A stretch of 64,000 nt of DNA from assembly GCA_030390025.1 (NCBI GenBank), contig CM059432.1, positions 73,968,001 to 74,032,000 on the forward strand, given 5' to 3'. A model generated the notes under the pieces. It saw nothing but the letters and a program-made list of their open reading frames with translations, made no database searches and had not been told where the DNA came from. Source of the stretch: Squalus acanthias. Its lineage: Eukaryota. Below are positions 1 through 11,436 of the stretch, piece after piece; position 1 is the stretch's first letter, and each line of letters opens with the position of its first letter. A program made the translations under genes and the position numbers.

Positions 1-349
1 TTTTCCATGGTCAGCTCATTTGAATAATTATTCATAGCTGCATGCCCAAGAGTGTTGTCTGTAAGCTTGTTCTACATTTACTGCTCACCCATGCCATAAC
101 CTCACATAAACTTACGGCTCTTGCATTGCATCTCATGCATATCCATAACTCAGTATGACATACCTTCAAGGTGCAACATACAATTGAAAGCCTTGCCTCT
201 CTTACATCTTACAAAGGCATAACACCTCAAGTCATTGTAAAACAACCTTGCTGCATGATGTACAGTCTCTCACTGACACCCAGGTCAGCATGCAGATTGT
301 GCAAATATCATTAACTGAGCTGTTATCACCTCCTGCCCTTTTAAGCTAT

Positions 350-1175
350 TGTAAACAGTTGAGGTCCCGCAGGCTGAGATTGTCACATCAGGTGGTCGCA
401 GTCATCTGCAGCCTCCAAGAAGAAGACCTGCGACCTGCTACCTGCTGTACCTGGTGGCCATGTATTATCAGTGGCTGTGAAAGTCACCACCGCCCTCAAT
501 TGTTTTGCCTCTAGTTCCTTCCAGGGCACTACCGAAGATATACTGAGGGTCTCACAGTCTGCTGCACATAAATGCATCAGGCAGGTGACAGATGGATTGT
601 TTGCCAGGGCTGGGAGTTATGTGAACTTCCCCTGTGATGACAATAGCCAGACTGCAACCACAAGAATAGGTTCATGCAGGTGTGTGCTAGATTTCCTGGG
701 AGCTGTCATGATGCTTTCATACAGCGTCAGTCCAACATTCCAGACCTTTTCATTCTAGGAACCAGACTTAAAGGCTGGCTCGTAGGAGACACGGGATACC
801 CTCTTCAAACTTGGCTCATTACACCTGTGAGGAATCCCACCAATGTGGCGCAGGAGCACTACAATGAGAGCCACATGACCACCAGGTGTGTCATAGAGCA
901 AGCTTGTTTAAGATGCGCTTCCGGTTCATAGATAGGTCTGGAGGCGCCCTTAAGTACTTGCCAGCAAGGGTGTTGAGAATCATAGTGGTGTGCTGCGTCC
1001 TGCACAACATTACGCAGCAGAGAAGATGACAGTTGGAGGATGACCAAGACACTCATCAGGCATCTTCGGATAAGGAGAAAATTGAAGAAGAGGAGGAGGA
1101 ATATAAAGGTAAGGCACCCATCGCCAGACCAGCCTGCGATGCCAGGGATGCCATAATAGCTAGAAGGTTTGGTTA
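350..1175 (+). pseudogene. PIF/Harbinger DDE transposase (HARBI1-like), decayed
   Basis: Frameshifted fragments read VAVKVTTALNCFASSSFQ..SQSAAHKCIRQVTDGLF, then MQVCARFPGSCHDAFI..GWLVGDTGYPLQTWLITPVRNP..YNESHMTTRCVIEQ, then LKMRFRFIDRSGGAL..IIVVCCVLHNI, followed by an acidic tail. The segment with the first catalytic Asp (IDxTH) is deleted near 650. Confidence 0.9.
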
Positions 1176-1504
1176 ATTATTCTGACTGGAACAAATAACA
1201 AATGAAAGCCATCACCAGCACTAAACACCAGCCCCCCCTTGCCCCCCCGCCACCCCCGCCCCTCCCTTTGCACTAAACAGTCCTTCAACCACACATACAC
1301 CCATTGCACATCTGCGCAATGAGTCCCATCATGAATTGACATTCAGCATCAAACAAGTTAAAGGGCGAGTTGGCATTCGCCTCCTTGCAATATTAGGCAA
1401 GACGTGGAAGTGTGCTAATCAATAAATTTTATGTGGCGTTATAATAAAAAGAAATTTAACAACATAACATTTTGTCAAACACCGATGTGCCTACCCTTGG
1501 TGAA

Positions 1505-3338
1505 TTACAATTCCTTTAACTTACGCTTCCTACCACTTCTACATGGTGCATCTGATATGGCTTCAGCAGAGGTAGAGGCAGGCTGCTGAGGTCCCTGCCC
1601 TGACTGCTCAGGTCCCTGCCCTGACTGCTCAGGTCCCTGCCCTGACTGCTCAGATGCTTTTCACCTACGATACCTGGGTTTTGGAGCCCCTGAGGGCCCC
1701 ACCAAAGATTGCTTCACATGCACCTGTGAAGGGGCAGACTCGGCCATCGGGAGACGGGGTAGCATGTTGGGTACTGACGGGGGGGCAATGAGTGAGAAGT
1801 GGGAGCACACTGAATCAAGTTCCCACTTCCATGTCCCCTTTCGCCATCATCCCATTGCTGGTCCAGTACCACATCACTCCTACCACTCTGCTGCAGACCA
1901 GCTTGGTGAAAATCAGTGATGCATTGTAAGGCCATGGGTAAGGTATCTATCATCCTGTTTAAGGCGGCAAACATGTTGGTATCCAAAGTCTGCATGACCG
2001 TGGTCATGGCCTGCATGGACTCATGTGAGAGCCATGCTTGAAGCTCCATGGAGGTGGTCACTCTCTCCATGGCAGACATTCTCGCAATTACCTGCACCAC
2101 CAATCTATTAGTGTTCGAGTTGGACTCCTCCATCCTCTCTGCTATTGTGGAGAGTATGTGTGGCACACCTGTCAGTATCTTGCAAAGTTTCTGATGCACC
2201 TCCAGCATTCTCCTTCTCAACGATGGCTCCGGGGGTTCAGCATCTGTGTCCAGCTGAGCAGATCTTGGAGAGGATTGCACTCCCAACACAGACTCTCCAC
2301 AGCTGTTCCTGCCATCAGTATCTGCTCGCGCTTACTTGTGAATTGTGAGTCACCAGGTGAAAACCCAACTAACTCTCTGACTGGACCCACTGAAGTGTGA
2401 GTATTTGCGCTGGTGCATGGCTGTGTTGGTGCACCCTCAGAAGGAATGAGGTCTGCTGCGGAATCATCCCCATGCATCTCCATCAACACTTGCTGAACGT
2501 GTGAAGGCCCTGGAAGACAACAGAAAGGGTTATGAATTAGTCGTGGCAAAGTAACGATCTTGAGAATCACCATACTCAGTATTCTCATAGTTCAGTCATT
2601 GATGAAATAAAGTCAGCATTTGTGTTAGAGATATTTTTAATACTGTCACCAGCCATCTGTGAGTTCCCAGTCTCTCCGTCTCTGACAGAGAGGGACGCAG
2701 ATGTGTCACTTATCTCCATGGCATCCTTTTCTGCATCTGTGAGCTGCACAATTTGTGGCAGCCCACCTCCAGTCTACTCCCTCTCCCTTGTGTTTTGTGC
2801 TCTCTTCTTCAAGGGGCAAAAAATCAAACCTGTGAATGAGTGAAGGTCACCCGATGGATGCAGTGCATTCAATGAGGGTGACTATGAGACAGATGCATCA
2901 CATTGCATAAGGATTGGGGTAAGTGGCAGCGGTGGATGGATACATGGGGAGGTGAGGAAGTGTATAGAAAGTGAAGGATGAGTGCTGCTGAAACTTAAGT
3001 GGGTGTGAAGAGTGACGTGATGGAGTACGCTTGGCAAGACAGCGTGAAAGACGGGGGAGATACATTACAGGATGTTGGTGAATCAGCAAATGTAGTCACT
3101 TTTCCTGACCCGGTTGGGTCATTTAACTGCTTCCTGCACTGCATCCAAGACCGGGGCACAATGCTCCTGCTGCTCACCTCCTCAGCCATCTCCAATTACA
3201 TGTTCTTGGTGGCAGCAGCAGGTTTCTTCCTCCTGTTGCTGGGGAAAGTATGTCCCTCCTGCTGCTGACTGCACCCAGCAGTAATTCCAGGGAAGCATCA
3301 TTAAATCTGGGTGTTGCCCTTGCTCTTTGTGCTTCCAT
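1505..3338 (-). pseudogene. Harbinger Myb/SANT-like DNA-binding protein gene (multi-exon, decayed), convergent with the transposase
   Basis: ATG at 3338: MEAQRARATPRFNDASLELLLGAVSSRRDIL..EMAEEVSSRSIVPRSWMQCRKQLND. A second exon at ~2650-2810 reads KRAQNTRERE*TGGGLPQIVQLTDAEKDAMEIS. The last exon has a coiled-coil (ORF 1714-2289) and ends RSGRKRKLKEL* (TAA at 1505-1507). TATA-like TATTTAAAGGG lies ~45 bp upstream of the ATG. Confidence 0.85.
1589..1651. repeat. 21-bp tandem repeat x3 (AGGTCCCTGCCCTGACTGCTC)
   Basis: Three perfect copies; they encode EQSGQGP x3 in frame in the Myb/SANT gene C-terminus. Confidence 0.95.
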
Positions 3339-3809
3339 CCTAAACACCTCCTGGCGCCTCCAAATTCCATTTCTGCATTGGCCCTTTAAATAGTGGACTT
3401 AATAGGGTGTGCATCACGCCCGCTGCACAGCTTGGAGGCGCGGAACCCGCAAGTCAAAATTTATTGCCTCAATCAATCTGACATCGGAGAATCCGACCCA
3501 CTGACTTTATTTCCGGGTTTCACATATGCATTCTCCCGCCGCCCCCCACACCCCGCCACCCCGCCACCCCCCGCTCGGAACCCACCTTTACATTAATATC
3601 GGGGTCCAGGTATCTGGGGAATTCAATTCTACAAGAGGCAACCTCTACAAAAGCTCAAGCAGCTTCTTTACTCAACCTACATTGCCTGCCACAAGAGCTA
3701 CTTGTAGTCTTCAAATTATTTAAATAGCCAATGCACCTCCACATTTCACTGGGTGCATGCACTCATATGGTGAAAGTGTCAATGCCACTCACATGCCCTT
3801 AGCATTGTC

Positions 3810-4870
3810 TTCTCTCCCTGAAAAGGAAAAGATGACCTAGAGCCAGTGCCAAAGAAATATAATCAGGAAGGAGCAGGGGTGATGAAAACTCCAACCACAC
3901 AGGAAGAGGAGGCTCTGCAAATCTTAGTCAGGCATACAGCAGAGCATATAGGAGAAAGGGAGTTAAGGTGGCAAGAGAAGGCTGGGAAATGCTCATCATA
4001 GGTAGTCTCAACTTTATGTGCTTTCTCAAAGTAATGCCCTTACACTCAAAACTATTTCTTAATGTGCAAATGTCACTCTACACATCTAAACAAGCTCCTC
4101 TGTGTTTTACATCACAGGGGGTGCCTTGCAGGAAAAATAACAGCCTTGACAAGGACCACCCATGCACTTCCACTGACAAATCTGCTGCCAGTTCCACAGC
4201 CTCAACTGTTGCCACCTCCTCACCAACTCCGTCATGGCATCGCACCTGCGTAAGCACCAACCCAGAGTCACCCAATCAGGAGGAAGTAACTATTGAGTCA
4301 GAAGGGTTTTCACCTGGTGAGGCACTGAACACGAGTTAGCATGAGGACCTGGGAGTGGAAGATAGGGAAAGTTCCTTTCCTCCACGGAGGAGTAAGAAAA
4401 GACCATCCTCGATTGAGGAGCCTATGGACCCATATCTCTGGCGAACAGTCTTCAAAAGAGCTATGATTAGGGAGTGTCAATTACATGTGCAGGCAGTGGA
4501 GACAGTTTCCTCGCATAAGGTTGAAATGATGGACAAATGGGAGGAGTTCACTACCCACAGCTGCAATACATTGTGAGAAATTTCCCACGACCTGCAGAAC
4601 AGCATGGAGACTGACAGCCCAGGAGATGCCAGAAACAGCTTCTACAGACTTTGGTGGTTTCCGAGTGGAAGCTACTATTGCTTCAATAGAAACCTTAAGG
4701 GCCAGCCTTAATGCCATACTTGCACAGGGCTTCCAAGACCTGGTTGGAACTATTCGGTCTGTGATAACACCAACCAGTAGTACCTCTGAACCTGTGCCCA
4801 GCACCAGTGAACTGCAGGGGGTGGTAGTAGATGTTACACTCTCTGGAAGACTGGAATCTGCATGAGAGCA
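3810..4870 (+). pseudogene. Probable downstream exons of another Harbinger Myb/SANT-partner gene (degenerate)
   Basis: Exon-like block ..QEEEALQILVRHTAEHIGE.., then a Ser/Thr-rich region and VESEGFSPGE-type motif (cf. ELVGFSPGD in the first element), then a coiled-coil-like segment. The layout matches 1505-2810. Confidence 0.5.
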
Positions 4871-5178
4871 GTCCATAGAGTGTATCCAATCTCGGTAAAG
4901 CCCACTGTCAGTGCTCTTTTCAAATGTTCACCCAGTCTGTTAAATCCAGCATTGGCAGATTCATGGTGCCAGTCAGTGTTTGCAAGAGAACATTGTTCTG
5001 ACCTTCTTTCCTAGCTGTTTTGTGGCTCCCCTGCAGATGGTTGTGAAGATGACACTCATGTCATGACTCTCTGCATTTGAGTAAATCCCTCCTACCATAC
5101 TATACAGATGTGAGTGTGAGTGTTGCAGCAGTGGTAAGTGTGTGCGGGTGAAGTAAAGCTATGATTGTGAGGTATGAG

Positions 5179-5339
5179 CAGTATTCCCTTTAAGCGCAGC
5201 TGTGCAGCTGTTTCGAGGTCCTGCGCAGCCAGTGAGCCACTTCCTAATGCAAAAAAACGCGCATGCGTGGAAGTTTGAATGGGCCGTGCAGCCCGTTAAA
5301 GGGGCCGCTGCAGCCCAAAAAAAAATAGGAGGAACATTG
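5179..5339. mobile_element. hAT-type MITE, copy 1
   Basis: TIRs CAGTATTCCCTTTAA / TAGGAGGAACATTG; 8-bp TSD GGTATGAG/GGTACGAG (7/8). Confidence 0.85.
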
Positions 5340-5462
5340 GGTACGAGTGGTGATTGGTTGAGATTGTTGGTAGGTGAGTGATAGGGGTGTGGTGCATTGA
5401 GTAGTATGTGAGGCTTGTGGTGCAGATGGTGGGATATGGCATTTGATAATGCATTCACTCAC

Positions 5463-5977
5463 CTTGATCACTCACATGAGGTAATTAAGCTTTTTGCGGT
5501 ATGGGATCCAGGTCCTGGGGACAATACTCGTTGAAGTGACAGCTTGAGCGATCTCCTCCCAGATCCTTCTTGAGGTCACCCTTGAAGGCCTCCTGCCTCC
5601 CTGCGGGTAGAGGACATCACGGCGTCTATGGACCTCCAGGACCAAGGCCTCCAGTGCTGCATCATGAAACTGTCTAGCCTTTTCCCTTGGCTGTTGGGCC
5701 TTGGCTTCCTTTCAACTGACAATGAGGTGCTTTTGCAACAAAGCACCTCCCCTTTAAGTAGTGGAGAGAGCCTAGGCCAAACTTTATTTGGCCATTAGAC
5801 CCAATATTGGCCCCCCTTTTGAGCGCTAAGCCAATCAGCAGTGCGTTTAGCGCTGAGATCAGCACTCCAATCATGTAAATAAGCAGGCAGCAGGAATTTT
5901 GCATGCTGCCTGCACCACTTTGAACAGGCGCTGGACGATGCCCCCACCCGTTTTCAGGCCTTATCCAATTCTAGGCC
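5463..5977 (-). mobile_element. Harbinger fragment: Myb/SANT exon 1 plus promoter and terminus
   Basis: Minus-strand translation PREKARQFHDAALEALVLEVHRRRDVLYPQGGRRPSRVTSRRIWEEIAQAVTSTSIVPRTWIPYRKKLNYLM*VIK, then a GTGAGT donor. TIR-like end AATTCTAGGCC at ~5967-5977. Confidence 0.8.
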
Positions 5978-6771
5978 TCTGAAACATGGCTGCAAGACGG
6001 TCAGGACTGGGAACTGAATATAGCAGGTCTACAGGAAGGATAGGGAATCTGGTAGAGGGGGAGGAGTTGCATTAGTGAGTAAGGATGAAATTACTTCTAT
6101 GATAAGAGGATGTAACGAGAGGTAAGCAGGCAGTGGAGACTTTATGGGTAGAATTAAGAAATAGAAAAAGATTTAAGACTGTAGTGGGAGTTGTGTATAG
6201 GCCCCCTGGTAGCAGCTGTGAAGTGCTAGTTTGTATAAATGCAGAGATTAGACAAGCATGTAGTAAAGGCAGAGTTTTTTTAATGGGGGATTTGAACTTC
6301 CATATAGATTGAGATAAGCAGATGAGCTCAAGTCAGAAAGGTAGAGAATTTCTTGAGTATATTCAGGACAATTTTCTGTAACAATATGTCCTAGAACCAA
6401 CAAGGGGGCAGGCCATATTATATTTAATAATGAGTAATGAGCCAGATTTAGTTAACAGTCTAACAGTGCGTGAACATTTATCTAATAGCGACCATCATAT
6501 GATTGAGTTCAATGTTGTTTTTGAAAGGGAGAAATGCGAAACAGCTACTAAAATTCTAGATTTTGCGAAGGCCGGCTTCAACAGGATGAGACAGAGACTG
6601 TCCACAGTAAACTGGGCAAATCTGTTAATGGGTAAAATGACAGAAGATCAGTGGGAGGTGTTCAAAAAAGAATTTAATGTGATACAGAACCAGTTTACAC
6701 CCCTAAGGAGCAAGAACTCTACTTGCCAAAAAAAATAGCCATGGTCGACTAAAGAGGTAAGAGACAACATA

Positions 6772-6996
6772 ACGGTTGTGAACATTTGGAATGCTCTGCC
6801 CCAAAGGGTTGTAGATGCTCAGTCATTGAGTACATTCAAGGCTGAGATAGATTTTTGGACTCTAGGAGAATCAAGGAATAGGGGGATCAGGCGGGAAAGT
6901 GGAGTTGAGGTCAAAGATCAGCCTTTATCTTATTGAATGGCGGAGCAGGCTCGAGGAGCCGTATGGCCTACTCCTGCTCCTAATTCTTACTTTCTT
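6772..6996 (+). mobile_element. CR1 3'-tail fragment inserted into CR1 ORF2
   Basis: Matches the CR1 tails at 13090-13330 and 57760-57960 (GGCCTACTCCTGCTCCTA..TTCTT); host ORF2 resumes after it. Confidence 0.85.
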
Positions 6997-7999
6997 ATAA
7001 AACTAAAAGAAAAAATGTACAAGAATGCAAAAATTAGCACAGATCCTGGCGAATGGGAAAGATACAAAGAACAGCAAAGTGTGACAAAACAGATAGGAAG
7101 AGCTACAAAAAGGGAGTATGAAAATAAATTTGCAAGGGATATCAAAATCAACACAAAGAACTTTTACAATTATATTAGGAAAAAGAGGGTGGTTAAGAAC
7201 AATGTGGTCCCCTTAAAAACTGATAATGGTGATGTTATAAATGAAAATAAGGAAATGGCGGACATGTTAAATAATTACTTTGTGTCAGTATTTACAGTAC
7301 AGGAAGAGGATAGTATGCCGGACACCTCAAGGAAACTAATTTGAATCTGGGCCGGGGACTCACCATAATTAACGTAAGCAAATTAACAGTAATGAAGAAA
7401 ATAATGGCACAAAAGAGTGACAAATCCCCAGGACCAGATGGTTTCCATCCCAGGGTTTTAAAGGAAGTAGGTGAGCACATTGCAGATGCCCTAACTATAA
7501 TCTTCCAAAGTTCTCTCAATTCAGGAACTGTTTCTTTAGATTGGAAAATTGCACATGCCACTCGCTATTTAAGAAAGGTGAGAGGGAAACCAGTGAATTA
7601 TAGACCAGTTAGCCTAACATCTGTTGTCAGGAAATTACTAGAGTCTATAATTAAGGACAGGGTGACTGAATACCTTGAAAATTTTCAGCTGATCAGAGAG
7701 AGCCAGCATGGATTTGTAAAAGGTAGGTCATGCCTGACGAACCTGATTGATTTTTTTGAAGTGGTGATTAAAGTAGTGGACAGGGAATGTTTATGGATGT
7801 TACTTATATGGACTTCCAGAAGGCATTCAATAAAATCCCTCATAAGAGACAGTTAGCTAAAATTGAAGCTCATGGAATTGCGGGCAAATTATTGACCCGG
7901 TTAGAAGATTGGCTGAGTGGCATGAGACAGAGATAAGGGATAAAGGGCAGGTACTCAAATTGGCAGGATGTAACTAGTGGTGTCCCACAGGGATCTGTG

Positions 8000-8172
8000 C
8001 AATGTTCCCCCTAAATTTCTTTTTGGGTGCGTAACCCCTTTAAGGGGCTGCGAAGCCTATTCACAGTTTCGTGCATGTGCAAAATTTAACATGGGAAAAA
8101 CAGGTCCCGGGCTGTGCGGGACCGGCAGAAAGCTGCGTGGCCGCGTGACCACACAGCTTAGAGGGAATGTTG
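8000..8172. mobile_element. hAT-type MITE, copy 2 (opposite orientation to copy 1)
   Basis: TIRs CAATGTTCCCCCTAA / TTAGAGGGAATGTTG; TSD GATCTGTG/AACCTGTG (6/8); splits the CR1 GVPQGSVLGP motif. Confidence 0.85.
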
Positions 8173-8201
8173 AACCTGTGTTGGGGCCTCAACTATTCAC
8201 T

Positions 8202-9458
8202 GGCCCAGAATTTGCAATCGGGATGGCGGCGAACCGGCAGCGTTTGCCGTCGTTCCGCCTTTGAAACTGACCGCAACTTTGGGATTTGGCACATGCACAT
8301 CGAAACGCGGAAATTCTGAAGTTGTGGTCTGAAAATGACAGCTCTGAAATAGGCTGCGCTGTGCTCCCACAGAGCCGGCAATCAGTGTAATCAATCAATT
8401 CAGGGAAACTGAGGAAAACTTCGGCTCTTCTGCAGTAAGTATGTTGTTAAATTCCCCATTAAAGTTAGACCCAAAGGAATTAGAACAGTGTAACTGGGGT
8501 TTTGACAGCATTATTACTGCTAAACAAATGTTAAGGGCTTGGAAAACTAATTTTAATTTTGTGCAGTGTGAAATTTGTCCTTTGGGGTGCTAACTTCGCC
8601 GGGGCGCTACTTTTAGTGTCCTGGAAAAATTAGCACCCCCGCGACAGAAATTGAGTGGCAGCGCCTCAAGAAGGAAGCGGGGCGCTACTGGAAGAGCCCC
8701 ACCTCCCTCTTGGGGCGCTGCAAGGGAATATCGCAGCGCTACGTGCCGCGGTATTACAGGCCTTCCTCCCCTTCTTAAAGGGGTCGGGAGCGGAGGCAGG
8801 TGCTGGCAGGTGGCCAGCAACAAAAATGGCCGCCCCGCACCTCGCCTTTAAATAGCGCCTCCCCGGCCGCAGGTAGGCCCCCCCTGACCCCGTCGGACAT
8901 AGCGTCTGGTGGTAAGTCAGGGGGCGCTCCCGAAGATCGCGGCCGGGGCGTGAGCGGGGCGTTGCGCACGGCAATGACATCATCGCCAGCGGCACAGCGC
9001 CGCGGGGCGCTACCGGTTACCGCCGCCGCTAACCTCCCGCTGAATTTCGCGGGAGGCGTTAGCGGCGCCGCACCTGGGCACTAGTTGCTTTGTGCCCCAT
9101 TAGCGCCCCCTTAGGGCACTAACGGGAGGCGCAAAGCAACTGAATTTTTCCCCCTAAAATTTTTAAGGAACTTTTCCAAATTTAAAAAACATTTTTTTAA
9201 AGTTTGTTCATCTTTATTTCAGGTTTGTCTTTTCCCCATGTGAGAGCCCCAATATTTGTTTTGCTCTCTCTAACATTTATAAAAAGTTAGAATTTTAAGA
9301 GCTTACTCACTTCCTTGTTCGCTGTCTGTGAGAATTCTGCGTTTTGATTGGCTGCTTAGACAGCCTGTTGACGTGACAGCAGTTCACACAAGAGAATCCC
9401 CACTAACTTCGTTGATTTCAATTGAAGGTCGGAAAACCCGAAGTTCTCAACACAGGCC
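8202..9458. mobile_element. Harbinger-type non-autonomous element with a nested GC-rich element (~8584-9154)
   Basis: Begins GGCCCAGAATTTGC and ends CAGGCC, with an ACT duplication (8199-8201/9459-9461); the CR1 sequence resumes exactly. The inner GC-rich piece has recurrent GGGGCGCT motifs and ends GAATTTTTCCCCC. Confidence 0.75.
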
Positions 9459-10410
9459 ACTGTATTTATTAATGACTTAGATGATGGTTTAGAGAGCCAT
9501 ATATCCAAGTTTGCCGATGACACAAAGATAAGTGGCATTGTAAGCAGTGCAGATGGAAGCATATAATTATAAAGAGATATTAATAGATTAAGTGAACAGG
9601 CAAAACTGTGGCAAATTAGGCAAATAGGAAAATTTGAAGTCATTCACTTTGGACCTAAAAAGGATAGATCAGAGTACTTCCTAAATGGTGAAAAGCGAGA
9701 AGCAGTGGCGGTCCAAAGAGAGTTCGGGGTCCATGTACACAGATAATTAAAATGTCATGGACGGGTACAAAAATTAATCAAAAAGGCTAATGGAATGCTG
9801 GCCTTTATATCTAGAGGGCTAGAATACAAGGGGTTAGAAGTCATGCTACAGCTATACAAAGCCCTGGTTAGACCACACCTGGAGTATTGTGAGCAGTTCT
9901 GGGCATGACACCTTAGGAAGGATATATTGGCCTTGGAGGGAGTGCAGGGTAGATTTACTAGAATGATACCTGGACTCCAAGGGTTAAATTACGAGGAGAG
10001 ATTACACAAACTCGGGTTCTATTCCATTTAAAAGGTTAAGGGGTGATTTGATCGATGTTTTCAAGATATTAAGTGGAACTGATAGGGTAGATAGAGAGAA
10101 ACTATTTCCGCTGGTTGGGGAATCTAGGTCTATGGGACATAGCCTAAAAGTTAGAGCCAGGCCTTTCAGCAGTGAAGTTAGGAAACACTTTTACACACAA
10201 AGGGAACTCTCTTCCACAAACGGCAGTTGATTCGGTGACAATTGTTAATTTCAAATCTGAGATTGATAGATTTCTATTAACCAAAGGTATTAAGGGATAT
10301 GGGGTAAAGGCGGGTATATGGAGTTAGGTCACAGATTAGCCATGTTCTCATAGAATGGTGGAACAGGCTTGAAGGGCTAAATGGCCAACACCTGTTCCTA
10401 TGATCCTATA

Positions 10411-10640
10411 TTCCTACTATTCAACAAAGAACAGGGCATTCTCTTGTTGTCCGAGCCAATATTTATCCCTCAACCAACATCACTAAAACAAATTATTTGG
10501 TCATTTATCTTATTGCTGTTTGTGGGACCCTGCATTCCCTACATTACTACAGTGACTACAGTTCAAAGGTACTTCATTGGCTATAATGCGCCTTGGGATG
10601 TCATAAGGTTGTTAAAGGCACTAAATTAGTACAAGTTCTT
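10411..10640 (+). mobile_element. Deu-domain SINE 3' fragment (SacSINE1/AmnSINE1-like)
   Basis: Aligns by eye to the 3' half of 19962-20410 (TGCTGTTTGTGGGA..GTACTTCATTGGCT..AAAGGC). Confidence 0.75.
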
Positions 10641-10829
10641 CTTATTTTTTGTTTTGCTATTATTGTTACTACGTGAAGCTTCTGTTGAGTGAAGGAATGT
10701 TTCAATAAAGGGTAAATGCTCTGTGAATTATTTTAAGCTTATCTTTCTGAGAGTGCAGCAACTGAATATTAACAGTGGATCCATATCTTGTATGAAGGAA
10801 AAGTTTACATATATAAAATGGTGCCAACA

Positions 10830-11070
10830 TTTACCATGGCTCTTCTCTTGATGTCACTGAATTTTATCCTCACTTGCTCCCAGGTACAGTAGACCAGCGA
10901 CAGTGCATGCACTTGCTCAGTAAACTCTATCCATGCATCTCGTACTTGAGATTTTGTAGGTGGGTATCCTTTAGCACCAAATAAGGCCACCCTCCTTTGC
11001 TGCATTTGTTGCAATAACATCTGCAATGAGTCATTACTGAAGGCGAAGGTCTTTGGTGCTGCCATCATTG
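10830..11070 (-). pseudogene. Myb/SANT-like (NAIF1/MSANTD-type) domain exon, probably from a third Harbinger family
   Basis: MAAPKTFAFSNDSLQMLLQQMQQRRVALFGAKGYPPTKSQVRDAWIEFTEQVHALSLVYCTWEQVRIKFSDIKRRAM, then GTAAAT as a possible donor. Shows the F-S..L..F..W..V..W..KF.D pattern. Confidence 0.75.
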
Positions 11071-11436
11071 TGCACCTGTTGATGGCAAATCTGTTGCTCC
11101 CTTCAGCCCCGTTTACATTGCCCCCAGATTTCTGGATCTTCTCGGGGGTGGGCATGGAGCTCAGTGCATGTCTGTTCCTGCAGTGTTGTCTAAATGAAGC
11201 AAGAGGAGACATTTCCAGCTCTCCCACCTCCATTTCTTCTTTTCTCCGGTTGGGTGCCCATTTTTAGGGTGTGCATAGAACACGCCGTTGGGCTTACTCA
11301 CTTCTCACTTCTACATTGTTTTTGGTTAGATTTTGCTTCTGGCCGGGCTGCCTTCCACCTCAGCTCATGTCTGTGAGACCCCAGGATGGCTCACACTTCC
11401 CACAGTTTTATGTGTGTGGAATTCAGAGTGGCAAAG

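Larger units (their letters stand above)
1..3607. mobile_element. PIF/Harbinger DNA transposon remnant (left end outside window or lost)
   Basis: Tail-to-tail transposase and Myb/SANT genes. The putative right terminus AATATCGGGGTCC (~3595-3607) resembles the GGSC-type TIRs of the Harbinger-type MITEs elsewhere in the window. Confidence 0.75.
5981..10410 (+). mobile_element. CR1 LINE, ORF2 (APE endonuclease + RT) pseudogene with 3' tail; carries nested insertions
   Basis: Motifs ETWLQ, VGVVYRPPG, MGDLNF, SDHHMIEF, KSPGPDGFHPRVLKE, NYRPVSLTS, SQHGFVKGRSCLTNL, GVPQGS, SKFADD; CR1 3' UTR ending CCTGTTCCTATGATCCTA. Confidence 0.93.

Noticed and set aside
8584..9154. Bacterial contamination or coding gene (high GC, overlapping ORFs)
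   Set aside because: Nested in TE sequence with a TIR-like end and repeated motifs; the translations show no domain.
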